Assembly (NCBI GenBank): GCA_903921325.1
Contig: CAIXPL010000037.1
Location: forward strand, 287,621-351,620
DNA from: an uncultured Pseudomonadota bacterium
Lineage (GTDB): Bacteria; Pseudomonadota; Gammaproteobacteria; Burkholderiales; SG8-39
Length of the DNA: 64,000 nucleotides
Direction: 5' to 3'
Shown piece after piece: positions 40,935 to 52,060 of this stretch. How positions within the stretch are numbered: position 1 is the first letter of the stretch; each line of letters opens with the position of its first letter. The notes beneath the pieces were generated by a model that made no database searches, had not been told where the DNA came from, and saw only the letters and a list, made by a program, of their open reading frames with translations. Made by a program: the position numbers and the translations under genes.

Positions 40935-42155
40935 ATGCAGCAGACCAGCCCGTCCTTTGCCGACTATGACCTGCCGGATGCGCGCGGGCACTTTGGTGCC
41001 TACGGCGGTATTTTCGTCGCAGAAACCTTGATTCATGCGCTCGATGAGCTGGCGGGGGCATATGACAAATTTCGCCGCGACCCCGAGTTCATTGCCGAGC
41101 TCGACGACGAATTTGCCCATTTTGTGGGACGTCCAAGCCCGATCTATCACGCCCGGCGCTGGTCGCAGGTGCTCGGCGGCGCACAGATTTATTTCAAGCG
41201 CGAAGACCTCAATCACACCGGCGCGCACAAGATCAACAACACCATTGGTCAGGCGATGCTCGCGCGGCGCATGGGCAAACCCAGGGTGATTGCCGAAACA
41301 GGCGCCGGTCAGCATGGCGTTGCCGCCGCAACAGTGGCGGCCCGCTATGGCATGGAATGTGTGGTCTACATGGGGGCCGAGGACATTCGTCGGCAAGCGG
41401 CCAATGTCTATCGCATGAAGCTGCTGGGGGCGAGTGTCAGCTCGGTCGAGTCAGGCTCGCGCACTTTGAAGGACGCCCTCAACGAGGCGATGCGCGACTG
41501 GGCAACGCACGTCGCCGATACCTTCTACATCATCGGAACAGTGGCCGGACCGCATCCCTATCCGATGATGGTGCGTGACTTCCAGTCAATCATCGGGCGC
41601 GAATGCATCGAGCAGATGCCCGCCATGGTCGGTCGCCAGCCCGACTATGTGATTGCCTGTGTGGGTGGCGGCTCCAATGCGATGGGTATTTTTCATCCCT
41701 ACATCGGCCATTCAGAGGTGCGGCTGGTCGGCGTGGAGGCCGCCGGCGATGGTATCGCCACCGGACGCCATGCCGCCTCGCTGTCCGCTGGCAGACCGGG
41801 CGTTCTGCATGGCAACCGGACTTACCTGCTACAGAACCAGGACGGTCAGATCATCGAGACTCATTCGATTTCAGCTGGCCTGGATTACCCGGGGGTGGGG
41901 CCTGAGCACGCATGGCTCAAGGACGCCGGGCGGGCCACCTACGAAAGTGCCACTGACGCCGAGGCGCTTGAGGCATTTCACACCTGCTGCAGACTCGAAG
42001 GCATTATTCCGGCGCTGGAATCGAGCCACGCGCTCGCCTATGCTGCCCGTCTGGCGCGCGATTTACCGCGTGACAAGGTGGTGCTGGTGAACCTGTCGGG
42101 TCGCGGTGACAAGGACATGGCTACCGTGGCCGAACGTGCGCAACAGGGGGTATGA
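40935..42155 (+). CDS. trpB: Tryptophan synthase beta chain
   Basis: [11 protein letters not shown], and the PLP-lysine motif [14 protein letters not shown] at 40935. Confidence 0.96.
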   Translation: MQQTSPSFADYDLPDARGHFGAYGGIFVAETLIHALDELAGAYDKFRRDPEFIAELDDEFAHFVGRPSPIYHARRWSQVLGGAQIYFKREDLNHTGAHKINNTIGQAMLARRMGKPRVIAETGAGQHGVAAATVAARYGMECVVYMGAEDIRRQAANVYRMKLLGASVSSVESGSRTLKDALNEAMRDWATHVADTFYIIGTVAGPHPYPMMVRDFQSIIGRECIEQMPAMVGRQPDYVIACVGGGSNAMGIFHPYIGHSEVRLVGVEAAGDGIATGRHAASLSAGRPGVLHGNRTYLLQNQDGQIIETHSISAGLDYPGVGPEHAWLKDAGRATYESATDAEALEAFHTCCRLEGIIPALESSHALAYAARLARDLPRDKVVLVNLSGRGDKDMATVAERAQQGV

Positions 42156-42970
42156 GCGTGTCGCGCATCGAATCGACCTTTGCACGACTGCGTGAAAATG
42201 GCCGCAAGGCGCTCATCCCCTATGTCACGGCGGGCGATCCGGATGTTGAGTCCACCCTCGCGGTCATGAACGCGATGGTTGTCGCTGGCGCCGACATCAT
42301 CGAACTGGGCGTGCCGTTCTCCGATCCCATGGCCGATGGGCCGGTCATTCAACGCGCCGGCGAGCGCGCCCTGCGCAATGGCGTTGGCCTGGCTGATGTG
42401 CTGGCGATCGTGCGCCGGTTCCGATCGCTGAATCAGGACACCGCGCTGGTGCTGATGGGCTATGCCAACCCGATAGAGGCGATGGGACGCGAACGCTTCA
42501 TCGAAGTCGCGGCAGCAGCCGGAGCCGATGGCATCATCGTGGTCGATTACCCACCCGAGGAGAGCGTCGAATTTGCCGCGGCGGTTCGTGCTGCCGGCAT
42601 GGACCTCATCTTTCTGCTGGCTCCGACCTCCACCGCAGCCCGCATCGCCCAGGTGGCACGCATGGCCAGTGGCTACATTTACTACGTATCTCTGGCCGGT
42701 GTTACCGGTGCCGGTCATCTTGATCTGGATGACGTGCTCATGCACCTGGCCGCCATCCGCGCTCATACGGCGATACCGGTTGGGGTTGGGTTCGGCATTC
42801 GCGATGGCGCCACGGCGCGGTCGATCTGCAGCATCGCGGACGCCGCGATCATCGGTTCGCGGATCATTCAGGAAATTGAGGCAGAGCCCGCGCAGGCTGC
42901 GCTGCGGGTGGGGCGATTTCTCACCGAAGTGCGTCGCGCGATGGACACAACGGGTGAGGGCGCGTCATGA
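42152..42970 (+). CDS. trpA: Tryptophan synthase alpha chain
   Basis: [22 protein letters not shown] overlap with trpB. Confidence 0.95.
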   Translation: MSVSRIESTFARLRENGRKALIPYVTAGDPDVESTLAVMNAMVVAGADIIELGVPFSDPMADGPVIQRAGERALRNGVGLADVLAIVRRFRSLNQDTALVLMGYANPIEAMGRERFIEVAAAAGADGIIVVDYPPEESVEFAAAVRAAGMDLIFLLAPTSTAARIAQVARMASGYIYYVSLAGVTGAGHLDLDDVLMHLAAIRAHTAIPVGVGFGIRDGATARSICSIADAAIIGSRIIQEIEAEPAQAALRVGRFLTEVRRAMDTTGEGAS

Positions 42971-43836
42971 GCACCTGGTTACAGAAGCTGCTGCCGCCCA
43001 AGATAAAGCGCACTGATGAAGGCGAACGCAAGAGTGTTCCCGAAGGGCTGTGGACCAAATGTCCGTCGTGTGCGGCGGTGCTCTACAGCATTGACCTGGA
43101 ACGCAATTTCAGTGTCTGTCCGAAGTGCTCGTATCACGCCCGCATTGGTGCCCGCACGCGCATTGACTTGTTGCTCGATGCCGAGGGTCGATTTGAGATC
43201 GGCGCCGAAGTGCGGCCCACCGATGCCTTGAAGTTCAAGGATTCACGGCGCTATGTCGATCGTCTCACCGAGGCGACCAAACAGACTGGCGAGGACGATG
43301 CGCTGGTGGTGGTTCAGGGCAGCATACGCAGCATAGCGGTGGTGCTGGCCGCGTTTGAATTTGATTTTCTCGGTGGATCAATGGGCTCGGTGGTGGGCGA
43401 GCGCTTTGTGCGCGGTGTCAACGCGGCCATTGAACAGGGTCTGCCTTTTATTTGCGTCGCCGCATCAGGCGGTGCGCGCATGCAGGAAGGCCTTCTCTCG
43501 CTGATGCAGATGGCCAAGACCACGGCGGTGCTCACCCGCCTGGCTGATCAGGGCCTGCCGTTCATTTCGGTGCTGACCGATCCGACTATGGGTGGCGTGT
43601 CGGCCAGTTTTGCGATGCTCGGGGATGTGGTGATCGCCGAGCCGCGCGCATTGATCGGATTTGCCGGTCCGCGAGTCATCGAGCAGACCGTGCGCGAGAC
43701 GTTGCCCGAAGGGTTCCAGCGTGCTGAATTCCTGCTCGCCAAAGGGGCCATCGACATGATCGTCGATCGCCGTGAAATGCCCGATCGCCTTGCCAGCCTG
43801 CTCGCCCTGATGCAACGTCTGCCCGCCGTGGTTTGA
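42967..43836 (+). CDS. accD: Acetyl-CoA carboxylase carboxyltransferase beta subunit
   Basis: Zinc ribbon CPSCAAVLY...CPKCSYH and the carboxyltransferase domain [10 protein letters not shown]. Confidence 0.95.
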   Translation: MSTWLQKLLPPKIKRTDEGERKSVPEGLWTKCPSCAAVLYSIDLERNFSVCPKCSYHARIGARTRIDLLLDAEGRFEIGAEVRPTDALKFKDSRRYVDRLTEATKQTGEDDALVVVQGSIRSIAVVLAAFEFDFLGGSMGSVVGERFVRGVNAAIEQGLPFICVAASGGARMQEGLLSLMQMAKTTAVLTRLADQGLPFISVLTDPTMGGVSASFAMLGDVVIAEPRALIGFAGPRVIEQTVRETLPEGFQRAEFLLAKGAIDMIVDRREMPDRLASLLALMQRLPAVV

Positions 43837-45101
43837 TGAGCGCTGATGCACGCTCGCTGGAGCAGTGGCTCGGCCATATCGCGCAACTGCATCCGGCAGC
43901 GATTGAACTGGGCCTGGAGCGGGTCGGACAGGTGTGGTCGCGCATGGCCATGCCCAAGCGCTGTCCCGTCATCATTGTGGGCGGCACCAACGGCAAAGGC
44001 TCCACCTGCGCGATGCTCGAGGCGGTTCTGCTCGCGGCGGGCTACCGTGTAGGGACTTACAGCTCACCGCACCTGCTGCGCTATAACGAGCGCGTACGCA
44101 TCAACGGCCGCGAGGCCCCTGACGCGCAATTGGCCGCAGGCTTTGCCGCGGTCGAGCGGGTGCGCGGTGACACATCGCTCACGTATTTCGAATACGCCAC
44201 CCTTGCTGCCTGGGCGAGTTTCGCGGTGGCCGGATTGGATGTGCTGGTCCTCGAGGTTGGTCTGGGTGGTCGCCTCGATGCAGTCAACGTATTTGATCCG
44301 GATCTGTCGATAGTGACCAGCGTGGCCCTCGATCATACCGATCTGCTGGGTGACAGCCGCGAGCAGATCGGTTGGGAGAAAGCGCACATCTTCCGATCGG
44401 GTCGGCCGGCCATTTGCGCCGATCCTGATCCACCGGCTTCGCTCGTGCGCTATGCCCAGTCAATCGGCGCTGACCTGCGCCTGGCCGGCCGCGATTTTGG
44501 ATTTGATGGGGATCAGCAGCAATGGCGGTTTCGCGGCCGCACCTGGCAGCGCGGCGGCCTTGCCTATCCGGCCTTGCGTGGCGCCAATCAGTTGTTGAAT
44601 GCGAGTGCCGCGCTCGCCGCCCTGGAGGCCCTGAGCGAGCGGTTGCCGGTATCGGCGGGTGCCATTCGGGAAGGGTTTGCCAATGTCACCCTGACCGGGC
44701 GTTTTCAGGCGTTGCCGGGCAAACCGCTCGTCATTCTGGACGTCGCGCACAATCCGCATGCAGCCGCAGTGCTTGCAACCAACCTCGCCAGCATGGAGCG
44801 ATTCGCGCGCACCATCGCTGTGTTTGGCATGTTGCGTGACAAGGATGTTGCCGGGGTTATCGGGCGCATGCATGACCAGATTGACGTATGGCACGTGGCG
44901 ACCACGCCGGGCCCGCGCGGCAGCACTGCCGCGGCCTTGATGTACCTGCTTGATCAGCGCGGTGCCGAGGCCTATCCGCATGAGGATCTGCCGGGTGCCT
45001 GGCGCGCGGCGCGAGAAGCGGCAGGCGAAGCTGATAGAATTGTGGTCTTCGGCTCGTTCCTGACCGTGTCTGCGGTGCTTGAGTCGCTCGGGTCTGTCTG
45101 A
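43833..45101 (+). CDS. folC: Bifunctional folylpolyglutamate synthase / dihydrofolate synthase
   Basis: 422 aa with the P-loop [10 protein letters not shown]. accD-folC synteny. Confidence 0.9.
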   Translation: MMSADARSLEQWLGHIAQLHPAAIELGLERVGQVWSRMAMPKRCPVIIVGGTNGKGSTCAMLEAVLLAAGYRVGTYSSPHLLRYNERVRINGREAPDAQLAAGFAAVERVRGDTSLTYFEYATLAAWASFAVAGLDVLVLEVGLGGRLDAVNVFDPDLSIVTSVALDHTDLLGDSREQIGWEKAHIFRSGRPAICADPDPPASLVRYAQSIGADLRLAGRDFGFDGDQQQWRFRGRTWQRGGLAYPALRGANQLLNASAALAALEALSERLPVSAGAIREGFANVTLTGRFQALPGKPLVILDVAHNPHAAAVLATNLASMERFARTIAVFGMLRDKDVAGVIGRMHDQIDVWHVATTPGPRGSTAAALMYLLDQRGAEAYPHEDLPGAWRAAREAAGEADRIVVFGSFLTVSAVLESLGSV

Positions 45102-45187
45102 GCGAAGTGCGGCCGGCAGCAGACCCCGGGTCCCTCGCGAGGACTGCGGCTGTGTTTGGTTCCTCTGGCTATAGGCGCTTTTGATCC

Positions 45188-46018
45188 ATGACCGATTCCG
45201 ATGAGGTCCATCTCCTGCGACGCCGGGCGCGGCGACGGCTGGTGGGCGCGACTGCGGTGGTGCTGTTCCTGGTGATTGTGCCGCCCCTGTTCATGGACCT
45301 GGAGCCGCGCCCGGTCAGCAGCAATCTGAATGTCGAGATTCCCAGCGCTCAGGTGACCAGCGGTAAAATTGGCGGTGCGTCCGCTCGAGGCGCCAGTCCG
45401 ACGAGCAGCGAGGCAGCCACCGCGCCGTCCGCATCGGTGACGACCAAGCAGGACCCAGAGTCGGCCAATGCGCTCGCCAGTGCAGCCGTGCCGGGAGCGA
45501 CGGCGGCAACGGGCGTCACCGCGGTTGCGGGCGGCGCCAATACGGGTGAGCCCGCGGGTTCGGATCTGAACTTGCCGACTGCAGCAAAGCAGGCCGACGC
45601 CACTCCCGCTGAATCGAAATCGAATGGCGTCAAACCGGCCGACACCACTCCCGCTGAATCGAAATCGAATGGCGTCAAACCGGCCGACGCCAAACCTGTT
45701 GCGCCCAGGCCCGCTGTACCCAAGGCGCCGGATGCGAAATCGAGTGCCGGCAGTTCCGCTGAGGCCAAGCCGGTTGAGGTCTACATTGTTCCGCTGGGCA
45801 CGTTCAGCGAGCGCGAAAATGCGCTGAATGTTCAGCGCCGTGCTGAGCAGTTGGGTATTCCTGCCTTCAACGAGCCTGTGGTGACCGCAGCCGGTGAGCG
45901 GGTGCGGGTGCGCGCCGGGCCGTTCGCGACCCATGAGCAGGCTGAGCGGGCGCATACGCGCCTGCGCGATGCCGGACTTGACGCGCTCAGTACCCGCAAG
46001 ATTGAAAAGCGCGGTTAA
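45188..46018 (+). CDS. dedD: SPOR-domain cell-division protein (DedD-like)
   Basis: N-terminal RRRxxxL-TM anchor, a low-complexity Ala/Pro/Ser linker, and a C-terminal SPOR domain (VYIVPLGTFSERENALNVQRRAEQLG...VRVRAGPFATHEQAERA). Lies in the folC-dedD-cvpA-purF synteny known from E. coli. Confidence 0.75.
   Translation: MTDSDEVHLLRRRARRRLVGATAVVLFLVIVPPLFMDLEPRPVSSNLNVEIPSAQVTSGKIGGASARGASPTSSEAATAPSASVTTKQDPESANALASAAVPGATAATGVTAVAGGANTGEPAGSDLNLPTAAKQADATPAESKSNGVKPADTTPAESKSNGVKPADAKPVAPRPAVPKAPDAKSSAGSSAEAKPVEVYIVPLGTFSERENALNVQRRAEQLGIPAFNEPVVTAAGERVRVRAGPFATHEQAERAHTRLRDAGLDALSTRKIEKRG
45593..45696 (+). repeat. 45-bp tandem repeat, 2.3 copies, inside the SPOR-protein linker
   Basis: Units 45593-45637 and 45638-45682 differ at one base (gccgacGcc versus gccgacAcc). 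They encode ADxTPAESKSNGVKP. A partial third unit follows. Confidence 0.9.
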
Positions 46019-46027
46019 GCCTCGCCC

Positions 46028-46552
46028 ATGCCTGCCATTGAATCACTGCACGCGCTGGATTGGGTGGTGGTTGCCATCCTCGCACTATCGACCCTGTTTG
46101 GTGCGGGGCGCGGTCTGATCCGGACGGTATGCGGCATGGCCGGATGGATCGTCGGTGCGATACTGGCCATTCGACATGGTGCCACCCTGGGCGTGCAGTT
46201 CACCTGGGCACATGAAGCTGTCAGAACCGCCCTCGGAATGGCTGCAATCGTGATGGGCGCGCTGGTTATTGCGGCGCTCACCGGCGCGCTGTTGCATAAG
46301 CTGGTGCGAATGCTCGGATTGCGCACGGGGGATTATCTCCTCGGTGCTTTTTTTGGTCTGGCGCGTGGCCTGATTGTCGTACTGGTTGCTGCCGACGTGG
46401 CAATGGCCGGGGGACTGGATCGGACCGAGTTGTGGCGTGAATCGGTGACCGCCCCCAGTATCGTCGGTGTTGTGGAGCAGGTACGACCCTGGCTTGCCAC
46501 CTCCGGTATCATCGAGGACGTTTTGCCGCATATCCACTCGCACCTTCCCTGA
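46028..46552 (+). CDS. cvpA: Colicin V production membrane protein CvpA
   Basis: 174 aa with 4 TM helices, positioned immediately upstream of purF. Confidence 0.85.
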   Translation: MPAIESLHALDWVVVAILALSTLFGAGRGLIRTVCGMAGWIVGAILAIRHGATLGVQFTWAHEAVRTALGMAAIVMGALVIAALTGALLHKLVRMLGLRTGDYLLGAFFGLARGLIVVLVAADVAMAGGLDRTELWRESVTAPSIVGVVEQVRPWLATSGIIEDVLPHIHSHLP

Positions 46553-46583
46553 TTGGTCACCGGCAGCAGCAAGGAGCAGTGCG

Positions 46584-48083
46584 ATGTGCGGAGTTATCGG
46601 TGTGGTGTCAAATTCCCCGGCCAATCAGGTTCTCTATGACGGGCTGCTGCTGTTGCAACACCGTGGTCAGGATGCCGCCGGAATCGTCAGCAGCCAGCAC
46701 GCCATGTTTCATATGCACAAGGGCAGCGGCATGGTGCGCGATGTGTTTCGCACGCGTGACATGCGCAGCCTCGCCGGTGTCATGGGCATTGCGCACTGCC
46801 GCTATCCGACGGCCGGTTCGGCGTTTGACAGTGCCGAAGCGCAGCCGTTCTATGTGAATTCGCCCTTTGGCGTCGTGCTGGGTCACAACGGCAATCTCAC
46901 CAATGGCGAACAGTTGAAGACCGAGATGGTCGAGAACGATCTGCGGCATATCAACACCAATTCGGATTCGGAAATTCTGCTCAATGTGTTTGCCCACGAA
47001 CTGGAGCGCGCAGCGCACGGTCATCGGGTCGATCCGCAAACCGTGTTTGCCGCCGTTGCCCAAGTGCACCGGCGCTGCCGTGGTGCCTATGCCGTGGTTG
47101 CCATGATTGCCGGGCTTGGTGTGGTGGCCTTTCGCGATCCCTATGGCATTCGACCTTTGGTGCTCGGGCGCGCGGTGACCGATCAGGGCACTGATTATGT
47201 GGTGGCCTCCGAGAGTGTTGCGGTTGATGCGTTGGGCTATACGCTATGGCGTGATGTGGCACCCGGTGAGGCCATTGTCATCGATGCCAATGCGCAGTTC
47301 CACGCGCAGCAATGTGCAGACAATCCACGGTTGGTGCCGTGCCTGTTTGAATATGTTTATCTGGCACGGCCCGATTCGGTACTCGATGGCGTGTCGGTGT
47401 ACGAGGCGCGCTTGAATATGGGGCGTGCGCTGGCCGCAAAAATCCTGCGCGAGGTGCCCGGACTGCCGGTCGATGTGGTGATTCCGGTGCCCGACACCAG
47501 CCGTCCAAGCGCGCTTGAACTGGCACGGCATCTGGATGTGAACTATCGCGAAGGGTTTGTCCGCAACCGCTATATCGGACGAACCTTCATCATGCCCGGA
47601 CAGGCCGTGCGCAAACGCTCTGTGCGTCAAAAACTCTCAGCCATCGGAATCGAATTCCGCGGCAAGAATGTGATGATTGTTGATGATTCCATCGTGCGCG
47701 GGACGACCAGCCGCGAGATCGTGCTGATGGCGCGCGAGGCCGGTGCCAACAAGGTGTTCTTTGCCTCGGCGGCACCACCGGTGCGCTATCCCAACGTCTA
47801 TGGCATCGATATGCCGACTCGATCGGAATTGCTGGCAACCGATCGTGACGATGAAGCGATTGCACGCGAAATCGGTGCCGACAGGGTCATCTATCAGGAT
47901 CTGGAAGCGCTCTATGACTCGATCCGCGCCTGCAATCCGGCGCTGACCGAATTCGAGGCATCCTGCTTCAACGGCCACTACGTCACCGGTGATGTCACGC
48001 CGGAGTATCTCGACCGTGTGGAGAACGACCGCGACGCGTCGCGCGGGCAGTCAATCGATGAACGTGAGGATATGGCGGTATGA
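46584..48083 (+). CDS. purF: Amidophosphoribosyltransferase
   Basis: The AAGGAG RBS is followed by MCGVIGV (N-terminal nucleophile Cys), and there is a PRTase motif VMIVDDSIVRGTT. Confidence 0.96.
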   Translation: MCGVIGVVSNSPANQVLYDGLLLLQHRGQDAAGIVSSQHAMFHMHKGSGMVRDVFRTRDMRSLAGVMGIAHCRYPTAGSAFDSAEAQPFYVNSPFGVVLGHNGNLTNGEQLKTEMVENDLRHINTNSDSEILLNVFAHELERAAHGHRVDPQTVFAAVAQVHRRCRGAYAVVAMIAGLGVVAFRDPYGIRPLVLGRAVTDQGTDYVVASESVAVDALGYTLWRDVAPGEAIVIDANAQFHAQQCADNPRLVPCLFEYVYLARPDSVLDGVSVYEARLNMGRALAAKILREVPGLPVDVVIPVPDTSRPSALELARHLDVNYREGFVRNRYIGRTFIMPGQAVRKRSVRQKLSAIGIEFRGKNVMIVDDSIVRGTTSREIVLMAREAGANKVFFASAAPPVRYPNVYGIDMPTRSELLATDRDDEAIAREIGADRVIYQDLEALYDSIRACNPALTEFEASCFNGHYVTGDVTPEYLDRVENDRDASRGQSIDEREDMAV

Positions 48084-49297
48084 CCGATTCGAAGCGTCCC
48101 AGCAAAGTGGACACGACCGGGCTTGATCTTGCGACGCTGGCAGTGCGTGCCGGTCAGGTGCGCAGCCAGTTTGGCGAGCATTCCGAGGCGATGTATCTCA
48201 CATCCAGCTTTGTCTTTGACAACGCAGCCGAGGCCTGTGCCCGCTTTACCCAGGGCGCACCGGGCAATGTTTACTCGCGATTCACCAATCCGACTGTCAC
48301 TCTGTTTGAAGAACGCCTGGCGGCGCTCGAAGGTGCCGATGCTGCCATGGCGACTGCCTCGGGCATGTCGGCCATTCTGGCCATGTCGATGGCCCTGCTC
48401 AAGGCGGGCGATCATGTGGTGTGCTCATCGGGCGTGTTCGGCGCCACCATTCAGCTCTTCAGCGGCATTCTCGGCCGCTTTGGTGTGCGCACGACGTATG
48501 TGGACGGGGGCGCTTTGCCAGCCTGGGAGACAGCGCTCGCCGGCGGGGCGCAACTGGTGTTTCTCGAGACACCATCCAATCCGCTGACCGAAGTATTCGA
48601 TATTGCCGGCATCAGCGCAATCGCACATCGGGCGGGCGCGCTGGTAGCGGTCGACAACTGTTTTTGTTCACCTGCCCTGCAGCGACCGCTTGATCTGGGT
48701 GCGGACCTGGTCATCCACTCGGCCACCAAGTACCTCGACGGTCAGGGACGTGTATTGGGCGGCGCGGTAGTTGGCAGCAAGGCACTGATCAAGGAACAGA
48801 TGGTGCCGTTCCTGCGCACTGCAGGGCCGACTTTGTCAGCCTTCAACGCGTGGGTATTGCTCAAGGGCATGGAGACTCTTGACATACGCATGCAGGCGCA
48901 GAGCGCACGGGCGCTGGAACTGGCCCGCTGGCTTGAGTCGCATCCGGCCATTGAACGGGTCTATCACCCGGGCCTGGAATCCCATCCGCAGCATGCCCTG
49001 GCAATGCGCCAGCAGCGCACCGGCGGGGCGATTGTGTCCATTATGGTGAAGGGTGGCCGTGAGCAGGCGTGGCATGTGATTGATTCGACGCGATTGATTT
49101 CAATCACCGCGAACCTGGGCGATACGAAAACCACCATCACTCACCCGGCCACCACCACCCATGGGCGGATCAGCCCCGAAGCACGATTGCGCGCCGGTAT
49201 CGGTGAAGGACTCATTCGCATCGCCGTGGGTCTCGAGTCGTTTGAGGACATTCGCCGCGATCTGGCGCGAGGCCTGGATACCGTCCAGGCCGTGTGA
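48080..49297 (+). CDS. metZ: O-succinylhomoserine sulfhydrylase
   Basis: Cys/Met-metabolism PLP enzyme with the PLP-lysine motif HSATKYLDGQGR. The purF-metZ adjacency has an ATGA overlap. Confidence 0.85.
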   Translation: MTDSKRPSKVDTTGLDLATLAVRAGQVRSQFGEHSEAMYLTSSFVFDNAAEACARFTQGAPGNVYSRFTNPTVTLFEERLAALEGADAAMATASGMSAILAMSMALLKAGDHVVCSSGVFGATIQLFSGILGRFGVRTTYVDGGALPAWETALAGGAQLVFLETPSNPLTEVFDIAGISAIAHRAGALVAVDNCFCSPALQRPLDLGADLVIHSATKYLDGQGRVLGGAVVGSKALIKEQMVPFLRTAGPTLSAFNAWVLLKGMETLDIRMQAQSARALELARWLESHPAIERVYHPGLESHPQHALAMRQQRTGGAIVSIMVKGGREQAWHVIDSTRLISITANLGDTKTTITHPATTTHGRISPEARLRAGIGEGLIRIAVGLESFEDIRRDLARGLDTVQAV

Positions 49298-49412
49298 TGG
49301 GGTCGCTGCTGCGACGATGCCGGCACCATGCTCCCGGAACCAGCGCGACTGCGCGATCTCAAGGTGTGGTGAACGCTCAAGACCATCATCGCCCGACTTG
49401 CGGGTACGGTGA

Positions 49413-50423
49413 ATGCAGGCCATGAATCGAAGGCACATCGGGATCGTTCTGGTGCTCGCCTGGTCGCTGCTGGCAGCCTCAAGTGCGATTGCTCAGGCGT
49501 CGATACCGCTGCGCCTCGATACGTTTCGCAATGCCACCAATCTCGCGCTGTATTACGGGATGGAACATGGCATCTTTGAGCGCCATGGCATCGCGCTCAC
49601 TGTCCAGTTCACCCCAAATTCCGAGCTGCAGCGTGCAGGGCTTGCGAGCGGGCGTTTCGAGATGGCCTACTCGGCGCTCGACAATGCGGTAGCCATGGTC
49701 GAGCTTGCCGGTGAGGACGTGGTGATTGTCTCTGGCGGCGATAGCAGCATGAATGAATTCATGGTGCGGCCCGAGATCAACGCACTGTCCGATCTGCGTG
49801 GACGCAACCTGGTGGTCGATCGACCCGAGACCGCGTATGCCCTGCAAGCGAAAAAGGTCTTGCGCGGTGCCGGCATGCTGCCAGTGCGTGATTACAAGCT
49901 GCGCGCCATCGGCGCCACCCTGGCGCGCATCGAAGCGATGGAAGCGGATCCGGCCAATGCGGTGGCGATGTTGAACCCGCCCTACACGTTTGTGGCGCGC
50001 GCCAGGGGCCTGAAGAGCCTGGGGCGTTACACCGATATGATCGGACCGTATCAAGGAGGTGGTTTGTTTGTGATGCGTGCCTGGGCGCGTGATCATGGCG
50101 ATGCCCTGGAGCGATTCCTGGCCGCCTACATCGAGTCGACCCGGCGTGCGCTCGCACCCGAGAATCGCGGTGAAGCGGCACGCCTGCTGGCGACGAATTT
50201 GCAGCAATCAGAGTCAGTCGTCGCGCAGACCCTTGAGATTCTGCTGCTACCCGCGGCAGGCCTGTCGATTGATGCGCGCTTTGATCGCGCCGGCTTCCGC
50301 GAGGTCCTTGCGTTGCGCGCAGAGGTCGAAGGGCAATGGGGCGGCAAGGCACCGGCGCCTGAGCGCTATTACGATCTGAGTTGGTACCAACGAGCCCTTG
50401 TACGACTCGACCCGACGCGTTGA
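49413..50423 (+). CDS. Periplasmic ABC-type substrate-binding protein (NMT1/SsuA-like)
   Basis: 336 aa with a signal peptide (IGIVLVLAWSLLAASSAIAQA) and an SsuA/NMT1-like fold inferred from sequence pattern only. Confidence 0.55.
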   Translation: MQAMNRRHIGIVLVLAWSLLAASSAIAQASIPLRLDTFRNATNLALYYGMEHGIFERHGIALTVQFTPNSELQRAGLASGRFEMAYSALDNAVAMVELAGEDVVIVSGGDSSMNEFMVRPEINALSDLRGRNLVVDRPETAYALQAKKVLRGAGMLPVRDYKLRAIGATLARIEAMEADPANAVAMLNPPYTFVARARGLKSLGRYTDMIGPYQGGGLFVMRAWARDHGDALERFLAAYIESTRRALAPENRGEAARLLATNLQQSESVVAQTLEILLLPAAGLSIDARFDRAGFREVLALRAEVEGQWGGKAPAPERYYDLSWYQRALVRLDPTR

Positions 50424-50523
50424 GTCGCAGTCCCTGGTTTTGTCACCTCGAGTTATCAGTGCGAAGTTGTCACGCCGGCGTTGTCACACCGTGATTGGTT
50501 CTCGCAGGATGGCTCGTACGAGG

Positions 50524-51408
50524 CTACAGAAATTCGACCAGTGCGATGCCACCTGAGTCATCGCAGCGCAGGTACCCACCACGGTCGGCACGCCAATCGG
50601 GTAGCACCCAGCGTACACAAGGTCGGCCATCGATCTCGACGGTGTGACAGCCAGGGCGATGGGTGTGGCCGTGGATCATCAATTGCAGACTACTTGCGCG
50701 AAAGGCAGCCGCCACAGCGGCTTCGCTGACATCACCCAACGGGCCGCTCATGGCCGCACCACGGTCGCGGCTGCGTGCACGTAGCGATTGCGCGATCGCG
50801 CGGCGCACCCGCAGTGGCAAGGCGAGCAGCATCGTCGTGACAATCCGATTTTGAATCATGGACCGGTAGCGCTGATAAGCGTGATCGTCGGTGCACAGTG
50901 TGTCGCCGTGCAGAATGAGCGCAGTGGCACTGCCCAGGGCAATGGCCACCGGTTGGTCGAGTGCCCGCCACTGCGCGCGGCGGGCGGCGCCGCTGCCACA
51001 CAGAAAGTCGCGATTGCCGGGCAGGAAGGAAACCGGCACGCCGTGGGCTACCAGGGCGGCAAGCGAGGCAAGAACCGATTCATTGAACGCATTGGCCACA
51101 TCATCGTCGCCAATCCAATGGTCAAACAGGTCACCCAGAATGTAGAGCGCCCTGGCAGTTCTTGCCGGACCCAGCAGGAAGCGCTCAAACCGCTCACGCA
51201 GCATGGGTTGCGCGGCAGAGAGATGCAGATCAGAGATGAACAGGGTTGGCGCCGCGGCCGAACCGGGTCGCTGATCTGCTGCGGGGAGCGTGCTCCCCGT
51301 CGCGATCCCGGCAGGCAAAACCGAGGCCCCGGATGGACTTTGAGGTGTCTCCATCGTAATGCCCTCGGGCAGCGGCGAGACCTCTGCGGGTCTCAGCGGA
51401 CTCGCCAT
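50524..51408 (-). CDS. lpxH: UDP-2,3-diacylglucosamine diphosphatase
   Basis: Metallophosphoesterase motifs LFISDLHL, GDLFDHWIGDD, GNRDF and IHGHTHRP. The N-terminus, about 55 aa upstream of the first motif, is uncertain. Confidence 0.85.
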   Translation of the reverse strand: MASPLRPAEVSPLPEGITMETPQSPSGASVLPAGIATGSTLPAADQRPGSAAAPTLFISDLHLSAAQPMLRERFERFLLGPARTARALYILGDLFDHWIGDDDVANAFNESVLASLAALVAHGVPVSFLPGNRDFLCGSGAARRAQWRALDQPVAIALGSATALILHGDTLCTDDHAYQRYRSMIQNRIVTTMLLALPLRVRRAIAQSLRARSRDRGAAMSGPLGDVSEAAVAAAFRASSLQLMIHGHTHRPGCHTVEIDGRPCVRWVLPDWRADRGGYLRCDDSGGIALVEFL

Positions 51409-51423
51409 CCTGAGGACTGTGAT

Positions 51424-51915
51424 CTACTCGACCCAGGCGCGCTGCATCACCACTGGTTCTGCCGGCACGTCCTGATGAAATCCGCGGGTCGCGGTTTTCA
51501 CCTTGCGTATCGCATCGACCACGGACTCTCCCTCAACCACACGGCCGAAGACACAATAACCCCAACCGTCCGGTGTCGGCGCGCGGTGATCGAGAAAGGC
51601 GTTATCAGCCACATTGATGAAGAACTGCGCACTCGCCGAATGCGGATCGGAGGTGCGCGCCATCGCGAGCGTCAAGCGGGTATTTTTCAGTCCGTTATTG
51701 GCTTCGTTCTTGACCGGGGCCTGGGTCGGCTTCTGCGTCATTGCGGTATCGAATCCGCCGCCCTGGATCATGAAATTGTCGATGACCCGGTGAAAAATGG
51801 TGCCGTCGTAGTGGCCGGCATTCACATAGGACAGAAAGTTGGCGCATGTCGCAGGCGCATTCTTTTCGTCCAGTTCAATTGTCAATGTGCCATGGTTGGT
51901 TTCAAGTTTGACCAC
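51424..51915 (-). CDS. ppiB: Cytoplasmic cyclophilin-type peptidyl-prolyl isomerase
   Basis: [15 protein letters not shown]..., [14 protein letters not shown]. The GTG at 51915 is preceded by AAGGA. The ORF-track start is 51963. Confidence 0.9.
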   Translation of the reverse strand: MVKLETNHGTLTIELDEKNAPATCANFLSYVNAGHYDGTIFHRVIDNFMIQGGGFDTAMTQKPTQAPVKNEANNGLKNTRLTLAMARTSDPHSASAQFFINVADNAFLDHRAPTPDGWGYCVFGRVVEGESVVDAIRKVKTATRGFHQDVPAEPVVMQRAWVE

Positions 51916-52060
51916 GCTGGTGTCCTTTGTGTCAGTGGGGCATGCAGGGAAGGGTGATGACAACGGGTCAGCTGTGGACAGGACGGTTGTGAACCGCGCT
52001 ATTGTGAACTAACCTGTTGAAAAACAAGTCTGTTATGAAGCAAGCCTGTTATGAAGCGGG

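Noticed and set aside
50788-51957. A 389-aa plus-strand ORF spanning lpxH and ppiB on the opposite strand.
   Set aside because: It crosses the boundary between two well-supported minus-strand genes and its translation has no domain signatures. It is a GC-bias artefact.
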